Below are positions 50,201 through 64,000 of a stretch of DNA of 64,000 nucleotides, piece by piece; the stretch's first letter is position 1; each line of letters begins with the position of its first letter. The DNA is from Camelus ferus (Eukaryota). The translations under genes were made by a program, and so were the position numbers. The notes beneath the pieces were generated by a model, which saw only the letters and a program-made list of their open reading frames with translations, was not told where the DNA came from and made no database searches. Location: the NCBI RefSeq assembly GCF_009834535.1, contig NC_045696.1:93932001-93996000 (forward strand). Reading direction: 5' to 3'.

Positions 50201-53200
50201 TTGAGGCCTGGTGACAGTGATTGACATTTAGTTTGGCTCTCTGGAGGCAGAGGATTACCTCCTCCACAGTGTGGATTGATCCACTGCCCCAAAATATTGT
50301 CCCCTATTTACCTGTCACTATAGACTGTATGTCAGGATGGGATCAGGCAGAATCCTGAGCTGGTATCAGATCTCTAGTCTGATATGTTAATCAATGTCTT
50401 TTACTCCCTTCTTCCAAAGTATGCAAAATACATGTAAGTTATAATATTAAATTTCTGTTTTTCCAATCAATTCATAAAATGAAAAATGGTTGAGCCAGTT
50501 CTGCATAAACTGGTGTTGTTCTCTACTCCTGTTAAAACTGCTTTTTAAAATATACAGAGTGTTTTGAGGCCAGTACTTGTGGCTTATGCTGACTGTTTTT
50601 ACTTCAGGAAAAGGTTTAGACAACCATGACCAGGATTGGCAAGCCAGGAATTTGGGAGAAAAGTGAGATAAGATGTTGGATCAGCTCCTATGACCAAATA
50701 CTACTAGTTTTGAAAAGTACTATAATCAGTTGTTGTGTCCGAGAGGTGGCTTGGCCTGATTTCTATCATTGTCCCCAAAGCCAATCCAAGTACACTTCCT
50801 GTAAAATCTATGTAAAAACTGGGTTTGCTAGTCAAGTACAGGTTCATGAAAAGCCCCACAGTACCCTCTTTCCACCAGAATGGCTCCTCTGAGGGCCTCT
50901 TACTTAAAGATTCTGGAGCAGCCTCCAGCTAAAATTTATTCTACAGAAACTTTAAAGCTGCTGCCAAAACCTGACCCTGATCTTGTCCTCGTGCTATCAT
51001 TAGAGTCCTTCCTCGAGGCTAACCAATTTTTTTTTTTTTTTTAACAAGCAGACCTTCCTGGAAGGATTAAATCTTTGCAAGGATTAAATGTACAGTGAAC
51101 GATGGACTGGTTTAACCAATGCGGCTGGAAAGGCATTCTGATGGTGGAAAAGAAAGAATGTGAATCTTTGTCATGCCCCAGAAAAGCTGGTCTGCTGAGG
51201 TGTGGGACCATATGAAAACACTCAGGGAATAGTAGGACCAAGATATTTTTCCTTCATTTCAGAATTTTGTCTTGGGTGGGGAGTAATGGTGAACTGAAGA
51301 GAGCTAGCAGGCCTCCCTCCTAAAACAGCTCATGTGGCCTTTCATCCAGGCTCCTTCACTGACTTGTGTGTGTACTTGGGCAGGTCACTCATGCATTTCA
51401 ATGCTCATCTTGCCAGAGCTTTGTCCTCATCTGCAAAGCGAAGGCCCTGGACCTCTTGATCTCCATGGCTCCTTCCAGCTCTACAGGGACATGTTTCTAA
51501 GCAGACTCCTTTGCAGTTGACAGGTCCAGGCAATGCCGGGGATGTCCAGATCAGATGTTTGGAATGGTTCTGTTTATTACAAATCATAAAGGGTTGTCCT
51601 GATGTAAGAAAGGAGAAACAAAACAGAGACTGGTTTGGTGTTCTCAGCTTCAAGCAGAATCGACATCTTGGTGAATGAAGTGAGGCTCACTTGGTTTAAG
51701 GTGTTCAGACTGGATGGGATTCTTTATTTCATCCAGTGCCACAGAACTGGCTAAATTGCAGTGAATACATTGCAACAGTCAAAGAAAACATGAATCTAAC
51801 CCTTAAAGAGTGAAACAGGCTATATCAGAATAACTTGTTTCTTTCAGTTTAACTGAAAGACTTTGACATTCTTTGGTTAAAATAAGTTCTTTACATTGTT
51901 CGTATAAACAAACCTTTTTAAAATTTTTTTTGAGAAATAAGAAATTTAATACATAAAACCTTGAAAACTAATGTGACTAAAGTCCCATATTGATAAATCT
52001 CAAATATTTCTGTGCTATGTTAAAGCAAGGATATGTAACTAGTATTGTGAGAATATGGCAAATGGGATGAAGAAGGAAATAGTTTATAAATTTTAGAGTC
52101 ACTGTAATTAATAGAAGAAAATACATAAGCTATTTTCACGTAATCAAACACACATGAACAGTTTCCACTTGCATCATGGGTGTGGATTTGAAGGCAACAT
52201 GGAATAGGGAAGGAGCCAACTTTAAAGATGTTCATTTTTTCAGCTTATGAGGAACATGTGGAGTGCACTATATAGAAAGATACATCTGGATATTAAATAC
52301 CTACATCAATGAGTTAAAATTCAACTCTTTCGGGGCAGAAATAGTCTCATTCAGTTTTTAATACTTGGTACTTGCAACAGTACCTGCTACACAAAAGGCA
52401 TTTGGTACTTTTTGAAAGAAGGAAGAGTTTTCCCTACAAAGCAGTTGAGGAAAAAAAAAACTTTTGCTTGACTCGGAGGAAGAACTAATCATTTTCAAAA
52501 AGTGGTAAAAATCCACAAATAAAAACCAGATCATCTCACTGAATACAGTTAAAGTTACTCTTTTGACAAATGTTTATTCTTTTACTCCAATGTGTTGGAT
52601 AATGTACTAGGGTTAACAGAGCTCAGAATAGAAATAAGACACTCCTTGCCCTTCAGGAATATTGGGTCAAATAGGGGAGATAAAATACATACAAGCAAAT
52701 CGTGACAAAGATATAGTGATACAAAGGTGTGTTATATTGTGTACATGTTCAAGGGAGATATGACTTTTGGCTGATGGAATTTGTTGAATACCTATTACAT
52801 GCTAGGCACTTTAAAAATTACTTCTCTCACAAAGATGGGCATTAGTATACCTACCTCACAGATAATGAATTTGAGGCTCAGAAAGGTATACATGTGAAGA
52901 ATTCATAGCTGTCACTTTCTGTCACTTTGTGCTGGATGCATGGGGCTTTTAAAATGATCACATGATGCCTTTCAGGAGGAGAGGAAGTTCATGCAGGAAG
53001 TAACATCAGGACTGGGCCTTGCAGACCCTGTCCATCCTGTCCCACAAGGTTTCTCCTTCTTATCAGTGCTCTGTGACCTTCTTTCCTTCCCCTCCCTCGC
53101 TGACCCAATGTAAGCCAGGTCAGTTAGATTCCTCTCTTGAGAATTCTCATAATGAATTTTAAGGACCAGAAGCAATCACACTGGGGGTGTAGGAGCTGTG

Positions 53201-55411
53201 GGAAACATATACTGAGAACCTTTATCCACTATGTCTTCCATGATATGGAAGAAACTGGACCACAGTAGAGAAAATGAAGCTGCTATGCCAATAAGTGCAA
53301 AGATGAGAATGAGGATGAGACAGAGGGAGAGAGGGAAGGAAGGAGAGAGAGAGAGTTCTTTCCAGTTTTCATGAGGCCACATCCTCCCTCCTATTGTGGG
53401 AAATACTCCAGAATCCTTTCATCCTTCCGATTTCTTTGGGTAACTTGGCTCAGGTTTGTTTTTCTATCACTTGCAACCAAAAAATGAGTAGTATGATAAG
53501 GTGGTCTTTGAGGGCAATAAAAACAATTTAAGTTAAAAAAAAAAAAAAAGGAAGGGGGAAGCACAAAAGGATCTCTCAGTCTGGGTTTCCCAAAAAGCAT
53601 AGCCTGAGGCTGAGGCGACCTCTATGCCTTCCTTATGATGCCTCATGTTTTGGAAAACAATAAATGCTTTAATAGTTCCACTTCGGAGTGAGGACGTTCA
53701 GAGAAGCAGAAAAAGATTGTTTTGCCAAGTCATGAAAAAACTTATTTCCTTACAAAATAATCACATTACCTGATAGGAAAGAGTATTTCAAAATTACAAG
53801 AGTACCTTGTTCAGCCAACATTAAACGAGATCGACAATATACTTATTCTTTTATTTGCTTCTCAGACTTGGAAAATATATCGAGTGTTTATCTGATCATC
53901 AGATAAAACTGCCTTTTCCTTAGTAAGAGAAACAGTTTTTATTGTCAGGAGATAATAGACAACGTTTATATGCATATTTCAGCATTGAGATAATTAAATC
54001 TTTTAGAAAAACTCTTGAAAAAATCATTCAGATGTATGGTTGCATCTGAAGATCTTCACGATCTTTTTGAGATCTCAAAGTCTACTTTCTTTTTCTTTTT
54101 TATGAAAAGGGTAACATTTTGTTCTTGATACAGATATATCCCATTAAAAAGAATCCTGAATAAATGTACAATCACAAACTTGTTAAACTAGATTAATTAG
54201 CAATTTAACAATCATTTATGTGAGCAACATGGAGGTTCCTTCCTGAGACAGAAGGATCACATTGTTCTGAGTCCATCACTATAGCGCATTATTTTTAATT
54301 CTGTTTATTTTTCTTTCTTTTGATGAAAGATGTAAGAGAGATATTTTAGGAGGGAACGTATACCTTGATGGGGAGACACAAACTTCAGCACTGGGAAACT
54401 GCACAACGTGCCTTAGCCACTCAGAATTATCATTCCAAGAGCTAGTTCCTGGTTCTGTAAAATGTTAGTAATTTTGGCCTTGGCTAATTCATAGTTTATA
54501 ACAAACCAGATGGGACATGGGGTAAAATTTGTTTTTGAACTATTTAAGACAGAGTGAAAGAATTTTAAAGCAGCTTAATGTTATAAATTAGTCTGCAGAT
54601 GAGATGTTTAAGATGAGAAAAAAGAACAAGCTGTTCTCAAACACTTTAGAAGTATGGACTTAAATAAACAGATGAGCCATGTACAAATTATTTGAACCTA
54701 TTCTAAGGCCTGGCATATTTGGAAGGAACCTTGAAAGGTTACTCAGTGGCATTCTAGTTTCATGACCATAAATATCTCTGAGAATACTTTGCTTAAAATG
54801 TCACTTGTTCATAATGTAATTACCTTTGTTAAAGCACTCTGTAATTACCACTGTTCTTTTTAGAAAAGAGTCTAAATCAGTTATTTTTAAAAATAACCTC
54901 TGTAAATTATTTTGAATAACCTCATTTATGTTCTTATTAGATTTTCCTTCTTTCTAAATAAATAATTTTAAGGTTTAAAATTTTTGTTCATCTATTTGTT
55001 TTTTAATAACATAGATTGGATCTGGCCCAGCAGCACCTTGACAAACTATGGCAGGTGGATTAGTGTGGAGCTGGAGACAGCTCTGACACTTGGCCTATGA
55101 ACAAACCTGGTGGCAGATACCAAGTGGATCAATCTGACAAACAAGTTAGGGTAGCCAAAATGGTATAGTATAAGAAAAATGAAGTGTTAGAGTTTCAAAA
55201 AGCTATCCTCAGAGATTCACGGGGTGGAGTAAGAAGAAATCAAGTGATGTCCTATGGTCAGAAGCCCAGACATTCAACCTCTGTGAAGTTAGTAGACTTC
55301 AGTACCCAGCTTCCTAGCAGGGGTGTTGGCAAGAACAAGGCAAGACCCAGCGCTAGGCAGCATGGGTAAGAAGGTAACTAAGATAAAAAAGACTAAGGTC
55401 CAGGGATCAAG

Positions 55412-55445
55412 GCAGAAATTACTGACCCGCAGAAATTACTGACCC
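55412..55445. repeat. Perfect 17-bp tandem duplication
   Basis: gcagaaattactgaccc twice. Confidence 0.95.
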
Positions 55446-56590
55446 ACAGAACTAGGATGTATGTTCAGTGGACACTCGGCCACGGTGCCCAGCCTCTATT
55501 CCCTTTTTTCTTACCATAGGTCTCCTTAGGGAAGCCATCCAGATGATGAACATGGAATTGACCCCACCAGCTCCTGGGGTGAGCCCTGAGTGGCTAAACC
55601 AAGCAGCATACTGTCTATGACTTAAGTTGGATCATAGTGAACACTGGGACTTAAGCTAAGACTGCTAGATGCAGGTACTCTCTTTGGCGTTACTGCAGTC
55701 AGTTCTAGTATTGTGAGGGGAACCATACTGAAGAAAAAGCTGACATGGAAGACTGGAAATTGGTAGGAAAATGAAGACAAAGCCCTAAGGATACAGTAAA
55801 CCTAGAATCTTGTGATGCCTAAAGACAGCATTACCCCTGGACATTTTAGTTGCCTAGACCAATGAATTCTTTTCTAGTTGCAGACATTTGGGTTGAGTTT
55901 TCTGTCACTTGTGATTGAAAGCATCTGATACATTAGATGCTGGCCAGGTATAATGAAGAAGCCCAGTTGTTACAAGGTGATTCATAGTGGGCACTAAGCT
56001 CAGGGATAAGACCAAAGTCTTATAATGACTTGGGTGACCTGAGGTTAGAGAAGTTCTGATGTTGAATCCTAAGGTACTGGGCAAAAATTATTCAAATTTC
56101 TTTTGCTAAGGATTAGGATTGGTTGAATTTAATGTGAAAGTTGAGTGTGCAGATGGCAATAAATTCGATAGGAGGAAGATGGGCTAAGAAACGGGCTGGG
56201 CCTGAGTCCATTTACAGCACTCCTAATTTTGATTTATTCTTGGAATTGAGGACAAAGATTTTGAGAGGGATTTAAGCTCTAATTTTATAATGGAGGGCAA
56301 AGGAAGACATAAATATATTAGTCACTTAAATATTCTAAAATAAAACTTTTAATATACCTAGATAAATATCTATATATAGCCAATACACCAATAAGTGAGG
56401 CAAATCTCTGTAATCAATCCCTTTCTTTTAATTGACATGAAGAGTGCACATGAGACTAATATGTTGACATTTATAATTAGAAGCTGAATTTCCTTGTTAT
56501 CCTTTTTCAGAAAGACTCTACCTATCTTATTAATTATAGTCCCAGTATTTATTACAGTTACTGTCTGGCAAATTGAATAGAAAACTTGGT

Positions 56591-57115
56591 TGTCTTCCTA
56601 TTGGTTCTCTCCAAAGCTGACCTTGAGATAAGGGTTGAGGAGGCTTATTTGGGATGTGAACTCAGGAGCCAAGCAAGGAAGTAGAGAAATGAAACAGGGG
56701 AAGAAGGGGAATTAATAATGTCAATTAGCCATGTTAATAAGCCAGCCACCATTGTAGGCAAAAGGGGTTCAGTCCCACAGGGGACATCTGAGAAACCGTG
56801 TGGATCATGCCTCAGATTTGTCCCCCCTTGTACACTGGGAAAGCTAGGACTTTCCCTTCCATGTCCTATCTCCACTTGGTGAGGGCTGACTCCATCCGTA
56901 GAGGTTAACTCACCAACACTCCTTTGTGTCCTGTCTGTCTGTGGTGGCGCAAGCTACCACAATGTGGAGAAAGCCATCAGGCAGAGGAACGGGGAGAGCC
57001 AGGAACTTGAGATAGGGAGATGCCAGTGTGCCAGAAACCATTTATCACAGCAAAGGGTGAACTTAAGAGTCAGACCAAGAGATAGGGGGTGGACACCAAC
57101 AGCATCTGCCACACC
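56591..57115 (-). mobile_element. ERVL-type LTR (LTR16/LTR33-like)
   Basis: tgtcttcctattggttctctccaaagctgaccttgagataaggg...ttatttgggatgtgaactcagg ... ggacaccaacagcatctgccaca. Confidence 0.55.
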
Positions 57116-60100
57116 AGTAACCAGGACATCTGTTTTCATCTGGCTAGTAGCTGTCACCCACTTCTTCATGTCATGGCATCTCCTGATACTGGTGAACTGG
57201 TACCCCTCTATTCCATGCACTTCTCGTGTCTAACAATCAAGAACTGTGGATTCCATCTTACTGCCCTAGAATTTTGTATGTGGATACTGAGAGGACGAGC
57301 TTCCCCTCTGAGCTCACTAACTTAAACAATTTATACCTGGAGTCGTCTGCAGCCATGCTTCTCCTTCCCCTGCTGCAAGGAGGATGCCATCGATAGTGGG
57401 AGAGAATAGAACTAAGATTTACTGAGAGAAGCAAAGCCAAAGAATGGAGAGAACCACATAGACAAGGTTGATTTCCTAAGGGAAGTCATTTCTTAAGGAA
57501 GATCTACTCCTGTCAGGAAAGTAGCCCTGACTTACCCAGTCTCATGGAAATCAGTTTTCTACTCTACTCCACCCCCCGACCCCCATTTTTTCTTTGTATA
57601 TTCTAGATTGAATTAACTTTTTCTGACTAACAACCAAAATAATATTACCCAATATACTTGCTTAAAAAAACAACAACACATGGTTGGTTGAAATAGAGCA
57701 ACCATCAGTTTCTAGGAGGCAGAGAGTCCTAAAATGAACAACACGTACCTCATCTACACTAATGGAAAAGTAATAGCTGGGAAGAAAATACTTATCTATA
57801 CTCTAGAAATAGAGGAAAAAGGACACCAATCTTGTGTGGTGTGCAGAAGAGCTGATCTCTTTACAAGATCAATCCTGAGTCTAGTACATACAAAAGTGAG
57901 GTTTATATACAAGTTTTTTTTTAAGGACACCAAAGCACTCAGGGATCATGGGAGGAGACGTCCTTCAAGGAAAATTTTGTATCAATGATGTGTTCCTGCC
58001 CTTTCTAAGTTCTAAAGATTTTTTAAAGTTGTTTTACTATGTATTTATTACCTTAATTATAAATTAGTACTTCACAATGACATCTTAAAAGAAACACCCT
58101 TACTTTTGCCTCTTGTTTTTATTCAACCATTATAAATATGTATAAGAAGTACACAGCTTGACAACGTTGTTACCTACCTTATAAGGCTTTTTAAATTATT
58201 ATTTTTCTTTGTTAAAGAGAAAATTCCTATACCTCTCTTCTATAAAACCCTGCTGCTTGATTTTCTATGTGACACTTTTGTGACATTTATTCAAATTCAA
58301 AAAACAGCTTCAAGTTATTTGTATTTATATACAAAATCTAGGAAATTTCATGTAAAAAAAGTAAATCAGCTTTTGAGAAAGCATAGAAAATTGACTTATG
58401 CATGATCCTGATAAGAAATCATAGTGTTTAAGACAACTTAACAAACTTATAAGTAGCTTTTGTTGGCCAAGGATTGTGCTAGACCCCAAATAACAGGCCA
58501 CATATCCAGGACTCATATAAAGCATAGCAGATGATTCTCGTTATTGGAGAAGTAATACCGAGAGATTACTGTGCGACTCAGCTGTCTTTCCTGCGATTGA
58601 ATTCTGATGCAAATCTGGAACCATGGCCTTGATAACCTGATATTTCCATCTCATTGCTGGGGATATGTTGATCCTTGCCATAGTTAGATTGTGCCAAGTC
58701 AGGGATATGGGGGAAATGTCTACTCTGAACAAATGAATCCAGTGAGCTGGAGGAAGAGCACAAGTAATAAGAAAGAAAGGGAGGGTCATAGCAGACTGAG
58801 CACCAGGTCTGGAGGAGCTTAGGGCAGTAAACAGGAAATGAGTTCTGAGATGAGAACACGGAGTATTGAGAAGAAATTGGATCAAGAGAGTGAGTGTTAA
58901 CTGTGTGAACAGTGAGAGGTTGAAGATCCCCTTTTCTGGGATGCCAGCAGGAGTGAATCTGATAGCTCAAAGGAGCCATTCAGAACAAGACATTATCCAC
59001 AAATCAAATAACTGAAAATAAAAACAATGGAAGCAAACTTTCAGTTTACTTACAACATGCCAAATAACTTGCTAGCTTAACTTGTTTTTCCTCAAAATGG
59101 TTGTACCAATTTACATTCCTATCTGCAGTGCATGCGAGTTTTAGTTGCTCCACATCCTCACCAACAGTTGGTATCATCAATCTTTTTTATTTTAGGATCG
59201 TCAATATTAACAAAGAAGATCTCGTGTATCTCGTGAGGAGCAGGGTGGAGAGGCAATTTTCTATAATCTGAGAGAATCATACTAGATAGATAAGAATAGA
59301 AACTGACATTTAGAATAGCCATGTAGGAAAATTACTTAATTGCTTTGTGTTACATAATCCTCATTTACACAATCAGGATAACACTTCATAAGGTTGTTGG
59401 GAGGAGTTAAATATTTTAAAAGACATGCACTGCACATTGTGTTTTCAGTGTTAACTGTTGTTATTATGTCTTCACCACAGAGTCAATCAAACAGTGAGCA
59501 AACATTTCTGGGTACATTTTTCCATGGGTTATGTGAGACCTCCCCAAACACTGCTGCACGCTAAAGCTTAGCCAGTCACTCACTCATTCATCAGGCAGGG
59601 AGGCTACAACAGGCGTTTTTAAAGTCATTATTTGACAATGCCAGGCAAAAAAATTCAGGAGAAAAAGAAAATGGCTGAATAGGAGGCAAAGGAAACTGAG
59701 GCTAGGTTATCTTCTGTGTAATTTCCATTATTATAAACATCTTCACAAAAATTATAAACAGCCCAAAATATTCATTTTCTCTCAAATTCGAACCATTGGT
59801 TTAAGAAATAGTTGCCTTAAACTTTAAAGTCTATGAAATAAAATGGAGAAAATAACATTTAAAAAATCACTTACATAGGTTAATTTCTACCAATTTATAC
59901 AGTTTCAGAAATGGCAGATGCTGTTGGGGGTGGTCAATGTAGGATAAAATTCTAGCCTTATGAAAACAAAGTATTTTTATGTCAAATCAATGTATTAAAA
60001 AATATAACCTGAAATATGAATATTTATAGTGAGAAGCAACAAGAAGATCCACACCAAGTATGCCATTATACTAATTATACTGTAAAGCCAAAAATAGCAT

Positions 60101-60592
60101 ATTTTACCATGCAGGAGCAAACAGATCAAGTTTTACTCTTGAGGCAAGGTTGTGAATAAGTCAACAATTTTTATTTGCTACCTACATAATAACCAAAACA
60201 AAGTGCCTTTAGATATGCAAGAGTCAAATATGTATTGTCACATTTTTCACTCTGATTATTTATATATTACTTTATAAATAATATGAACTATATATAATAT
60301 TGTAACAAAGGTAGACATAACTTGAAACCCTACCACCATTAACGTTTTGAAGTCCATATTTGAATGTTTAATAAACCCTAAATTTAACGTCTCTCATTAG
60401 CGTTCCCATTGGCTTACTGGGCTACTCAGTTATATTCAACTGGTAGAGCAGTAAATAAGATGGAATGACAGAGCTGGTCCCATTCTCATGGACTTTCCTG
60501 GGTTGCACATTAGAATCTCCTAGGGAGCTTTCAAAATCTTCACACTCCTGGGTTTTAGCCCCCAGAGAATCTGATTTAATTGGTTTATAGCC

Positions 60593-60801
60593 ACAGTTTT
60601 CAAAGGGAAATTGGGGCAGCTTAGTTCCCTGGGGGCAAAATGTCTGGACACATTTCTGATTGTCACAGCTGGGGAAGAAGGATACTTCTGGCATCTGGTG
60701 GATAGAGGCCAGGGACGCTGCTAACCGATGCATGACACAGACCTCACAACAAAGAATCATCCAGGGCATAATGGCACTAGCGCTGAGGCTGAGAAGCCTG
60801 C
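60593..60801. mobile_element. MER20 hAT MITE nested in a MER5-like element (about 60480-60915)
   Basis: aatgtctggacacatttctgattgtcacagctgggg...ctggcatctggtggatagaggccagggacgctgctaa...gctgaggctgagaagcctg; flanked by MER5-like cattagaatctcctagggagcttt and gctccccatgtgattct. Confidence 0.75.
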
Positions 60802-61849
60802 CCTCAGTTACAAGTCACTGTTCTAGAATCTCCCTGAAAGGGTGTCATGGTGGATAAGGGAATCCGTGGTAGGCTGTGTGATTTGGGAAGAGCTCCCCAT
60901 GTGATTCTCCATACTTTACACCAGGCAGGTCAAAGTTCATGTTTTAAATATTTAAATCTCCCAATGATGTATGATATACTTGAAAGCTAAAAAGATAAAC
61001 AATGTATGTTGTTTGGTCTTAGGAGAGTTATAATCTAGAAGAAAAAAATATGTAAACTATTTTATAAGAGACTAATGACTGGATTGCAGAAAACTTCTAT
61101 TCTTTTTGCCTACCTGTATCTTCTAAAATTTGCAATAAACTTGTATTAAAGAGGTAAGTAATAAAAGCTAAAATAATATAAATAAATAAGTATAAAATAT
61201 AAAAAAATTCATTATTGAAGAAATAAGTTACTATTTAAAAATAAAAAATTTAGGTTACAATGGGTACTGTTATTTTTGAATGACTGCTAATTGAATAAAT
61301 CAGTTCTTGTAAAAAGGCTTATTTGAAATGCACTGACTCCACTGCTGAGGTGGTTGAGGACAGAATGAACAACTATCTTATATACTATATATATACACTT
61401 TTTTTTTTGAATCTGTCGTCAAGGGTTGATTTTATAAGTCTGAACTTGCCGTAAGTGTGTGAAGTTAACACACACTCCCTCTTGATAATATATTTTGTTT
61501 TGGGCTTTCAGGAGATATCTGGAGACTGAGTTTGGTTTTCCCCCCTACATGCCTGTGTGGGGGTGGGGGGAGAACAGATCTGAAGAGAGTAAGGGATATC
61601 TAGTAAGAGGTATGTGGAAGAGGAAGCCTTTGAGGTGTCAGGTATTGGAGATGGATGAAATCAGAATTTTTAAAACTAGCATTTCTGAGCTGAAGTCTCA
61701 TCTGGGTGAAAAACATACTAATGTGACCGAAATTTAAAAGAAAACAAAACCCACCACTCCACTTGTTTTGAAAGATGGGAATCTCTGTGTTAGTTGAGCT
61801 GCTTTACAGAGTTCTTTTAAGCTGACTTGAAAAGCAAACAAACAAGTAA

Positions 61850-61945
61850 ATAAGAAAAAGAAAGGAAGGAAAGGAAGGAAGGATGGAAGGAAGGAAGAAA
61901 GAAAAAGAAAAAGGAAGAAAGAAAAAAGGAAGAAAGAAAAAAGAC
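61850..61945. repeat. Purine-rich (GAAA/GGAA)n simple repeat
   Basis: About 90 bp almost entirely A/G. Confidence 0.9.
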
Positions 61946-63138
61946 AGACAGTTCTTGCAGATAAAGCTGAGAATTTAAACACCCAGAAAAGCTGCTTGCT
62001 ATTTCAAAATCGGTATTTGATCATTGTATCAGTGGACATTTAGACAAGGGCAGACACTATATGGTGTTTTGTGTTTCCTGCTTCTGTGCATTTGCTTATT
62101 TCTTTTAAGGCTGGGTTCAACTGACATATTATCCCAAGAAGTCTCTGATCCTGTCAGCACAGAGGAATCTGACAATCTTAAGACACACAGAATAGTCCCT
62201 GTTATATTATTTATTAACAGTCAAATTCTCCTTAATTGGCTGCAAACTCAGAGGCAGGATTTGTCTGGTTCACATCTCCCTACCAGGCCAAACATGACGC
62301 CTTGGATCATAGATCCTCAAAAAAGGTTTGTTGAATGGGACAACTTTGTTTTCTTTCCCTAACCCTATAATGAGAGATATTATGATGCAATCCTTTTTCT
62401 TTCTGGCTCTGATTTTAAGAAGCAACCACAACAAATTTTTCTTTAAACCGCACCATTTAGATGCAGCAGTTCTAGACTGCAGCTTCTGAAACCGAAGCAG
62501 GAAGGGACATTATGTATTGCTGTTAGAAATCCACAAATGCTTCGGTTTCAAATACTTTCCATTGCTTTTTTTTTCCTTTTCATCAAATGAAATCTTTCCA
62601 TGTTTTAGCTTTCAAAGAGATTAAGCACATTCAATCTAATTATGCAACCCACTGACAAAAGCAATCTAAATATGAAACACTCTGCTGGTTGTATTTCACA
62701 GTTGCCATTGGAAACAGACAAGTTTGGAAAACTGCAAAGTCAAGTCTAAGCCTTGGCATTATCGTGCCTCTGAGAGAAGGCATTACCTGGCTCTGCTCCT
62801 CCTTCCTTCAGTCTTTGCATGAGTGCTGCGTGTATCCAGTTGGGCTCTGCAAATAACCGAAAACAGCTGCATCAAGATGGGACTACTATATACATATAAA
62901 AAAATGGAGAAAAGCTCTAAAAGTTAAACAAACAAACAAACAATAAACAAATAATGCCCAACTTGCCAGGGAGTCTGAGACTTGATACATTCTGAAGATA
63001 GATAAAATGCAATTTATCTGATGTTGGAGAATGTAACAGCTGCCCTGGCATGAAAAAAAATTTCCTAATTCCATACATACTTGGTAGCTCCTCAGGCTCA
63101 CAATTCAACCTTATGTATCATAATTGTTAGCTGTCAAT

Positions 63139-64000
63139 TTTTTTTTACATTTTTTTATTGAGTAATAGTTATTTTACAATGTTGTGTCAAATTCTAGTGC
63201 AGAGCACAATTTTTCAGTCGTACATGAACATATGTATATTCATTGTCACATTTTTTTTCGCAATGAGCTACCACAAGATCTTGTATATTTTTCCCTGTGC
63301 TATACAGTATAATCTTGTTTATCTATTCTGCATTTTAAAATCCCAGTCTGTCCCTTCCCACCCTCCGCCCCCTTGGCAACCACAAGTTTATATTCTATGT
63401 CTATGAGTCTGTTTCTGTTTTGTGTTTCTGTTTTGTTTTTCTGTTTTGTTTTGTTTTGTTTTTAGATTCCTCATATAAGTGATCTCATACGGTATTTTTC
63501 TTTCTCTTTCTGGCTTACTTAACTTTGAATGACATTCTCCAGGGATATCCATGTTGCTGCAAATGGCGTTATGTTGTTGGTTTTTGTGGCTGAATAGTAT
63601 TCTGTCGTATAAATATACCACATCTTCTGTACTCAGTCATCTGTTGATGGACATTTAGGCTGTTTCCATGTCTTGCCTATTGTAAACAGTGCTGCTATGA
63701 ACACTGGGGTGCAGATGTCATTTTAAAGTAGGGTTCCTTCTGGATATATGCCCAGGAGTGGGATTCCTGGGTCATATGGTAGGTCTATTCCTAGTCTTTT
63801 GAGGAATCTCCATACTGTTTTCCACAATGGCTTTCTTTGCTTCCCTCTCCCACTCTTAATGATTTAGATGTCTTCTTTTACAATTTTGTGTTTATTCTAT
63901 TTGGAATTCATGGTAGTTATCACCTTTCCAGTTATGAGTTTCTCATTTTTGTAGCATCCTGCTTCTTTTCTATTTAGAGTAGACCTGTGAATATTTCTTT
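63139..64000 (-). mobile_element. Young L1-derived element: 3' UTR and ORF2 tail joined at about 63831 to ORF1-end/spacer-like sequence; runs off the window
   Basis: T-tail at 63139. Standard antisense L1 up to catactgttttccacaatggct, then ttctttgcttccctctcccac... in place of gcaccaa... Confidence 0.85.

Noticed and set aside
58325..58979. Overlapping 114-aa and 133-aa minus-strand ORFs as a possible pseudogene
   Set aside because: No protein I can recognise and no poly(A)/TSD; part of the region looks like decayed L2. A BLASTX search would settle it.
62701..62715. RFX X-box-like gttgccattggaaac
   Set aside because: Imperfect spacing and far from any promoter; cannot be supported without conservation or ChIP data.

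Overview
Mammalian genomic DNA, very probably camelid: it carries a Vic-1-type tRNA-derived SINE and camelid-style L1 3' ends. The window holds the 5' part of ARHGEF26 (SGEF, a RhoG GEF) on the minus strand: a CpG-island promoter at about 15.1-17.1 kb, candidate non-coding first exon(s), and three coding exons (16064-14988, 13485-13446, 9695-9550) that splice in frame at canonical GT-AG sites. The DH/PH/SH3 exons lie beyond the left edge. The remaining ~47 kb upstream is repeat-rich with no other protein-coding gene I can support (L1, L2, MIR, MaLR, ERV solo LTRs, hAT/mariner MITEs). I found no new multi-gene system. The most unusual signals are retrotransposition fossils: (i) an L1-containing insert at 43974-44289 with a strong one-directional T>C (minus-strand A>G) pattern, suggesting a retrocopy of an ADAR hyper-edited RNA; (ii) a TSD-bounded, 5'-inverted L1 carrying a probably serial 3' transduction at 40783-41601; (iii) an ORF2-deleted L1 with a splice-like junction at the right edge; (iv) a sense SINE that places AATAAA signals just behind a read-through stop in ARHGEF26 intron 2. 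Repeat family names and consensus comparisons are from memory and need Dfam/RepeatMasker confirmation. Repeat boundaries are approximate unless TSDs are given.
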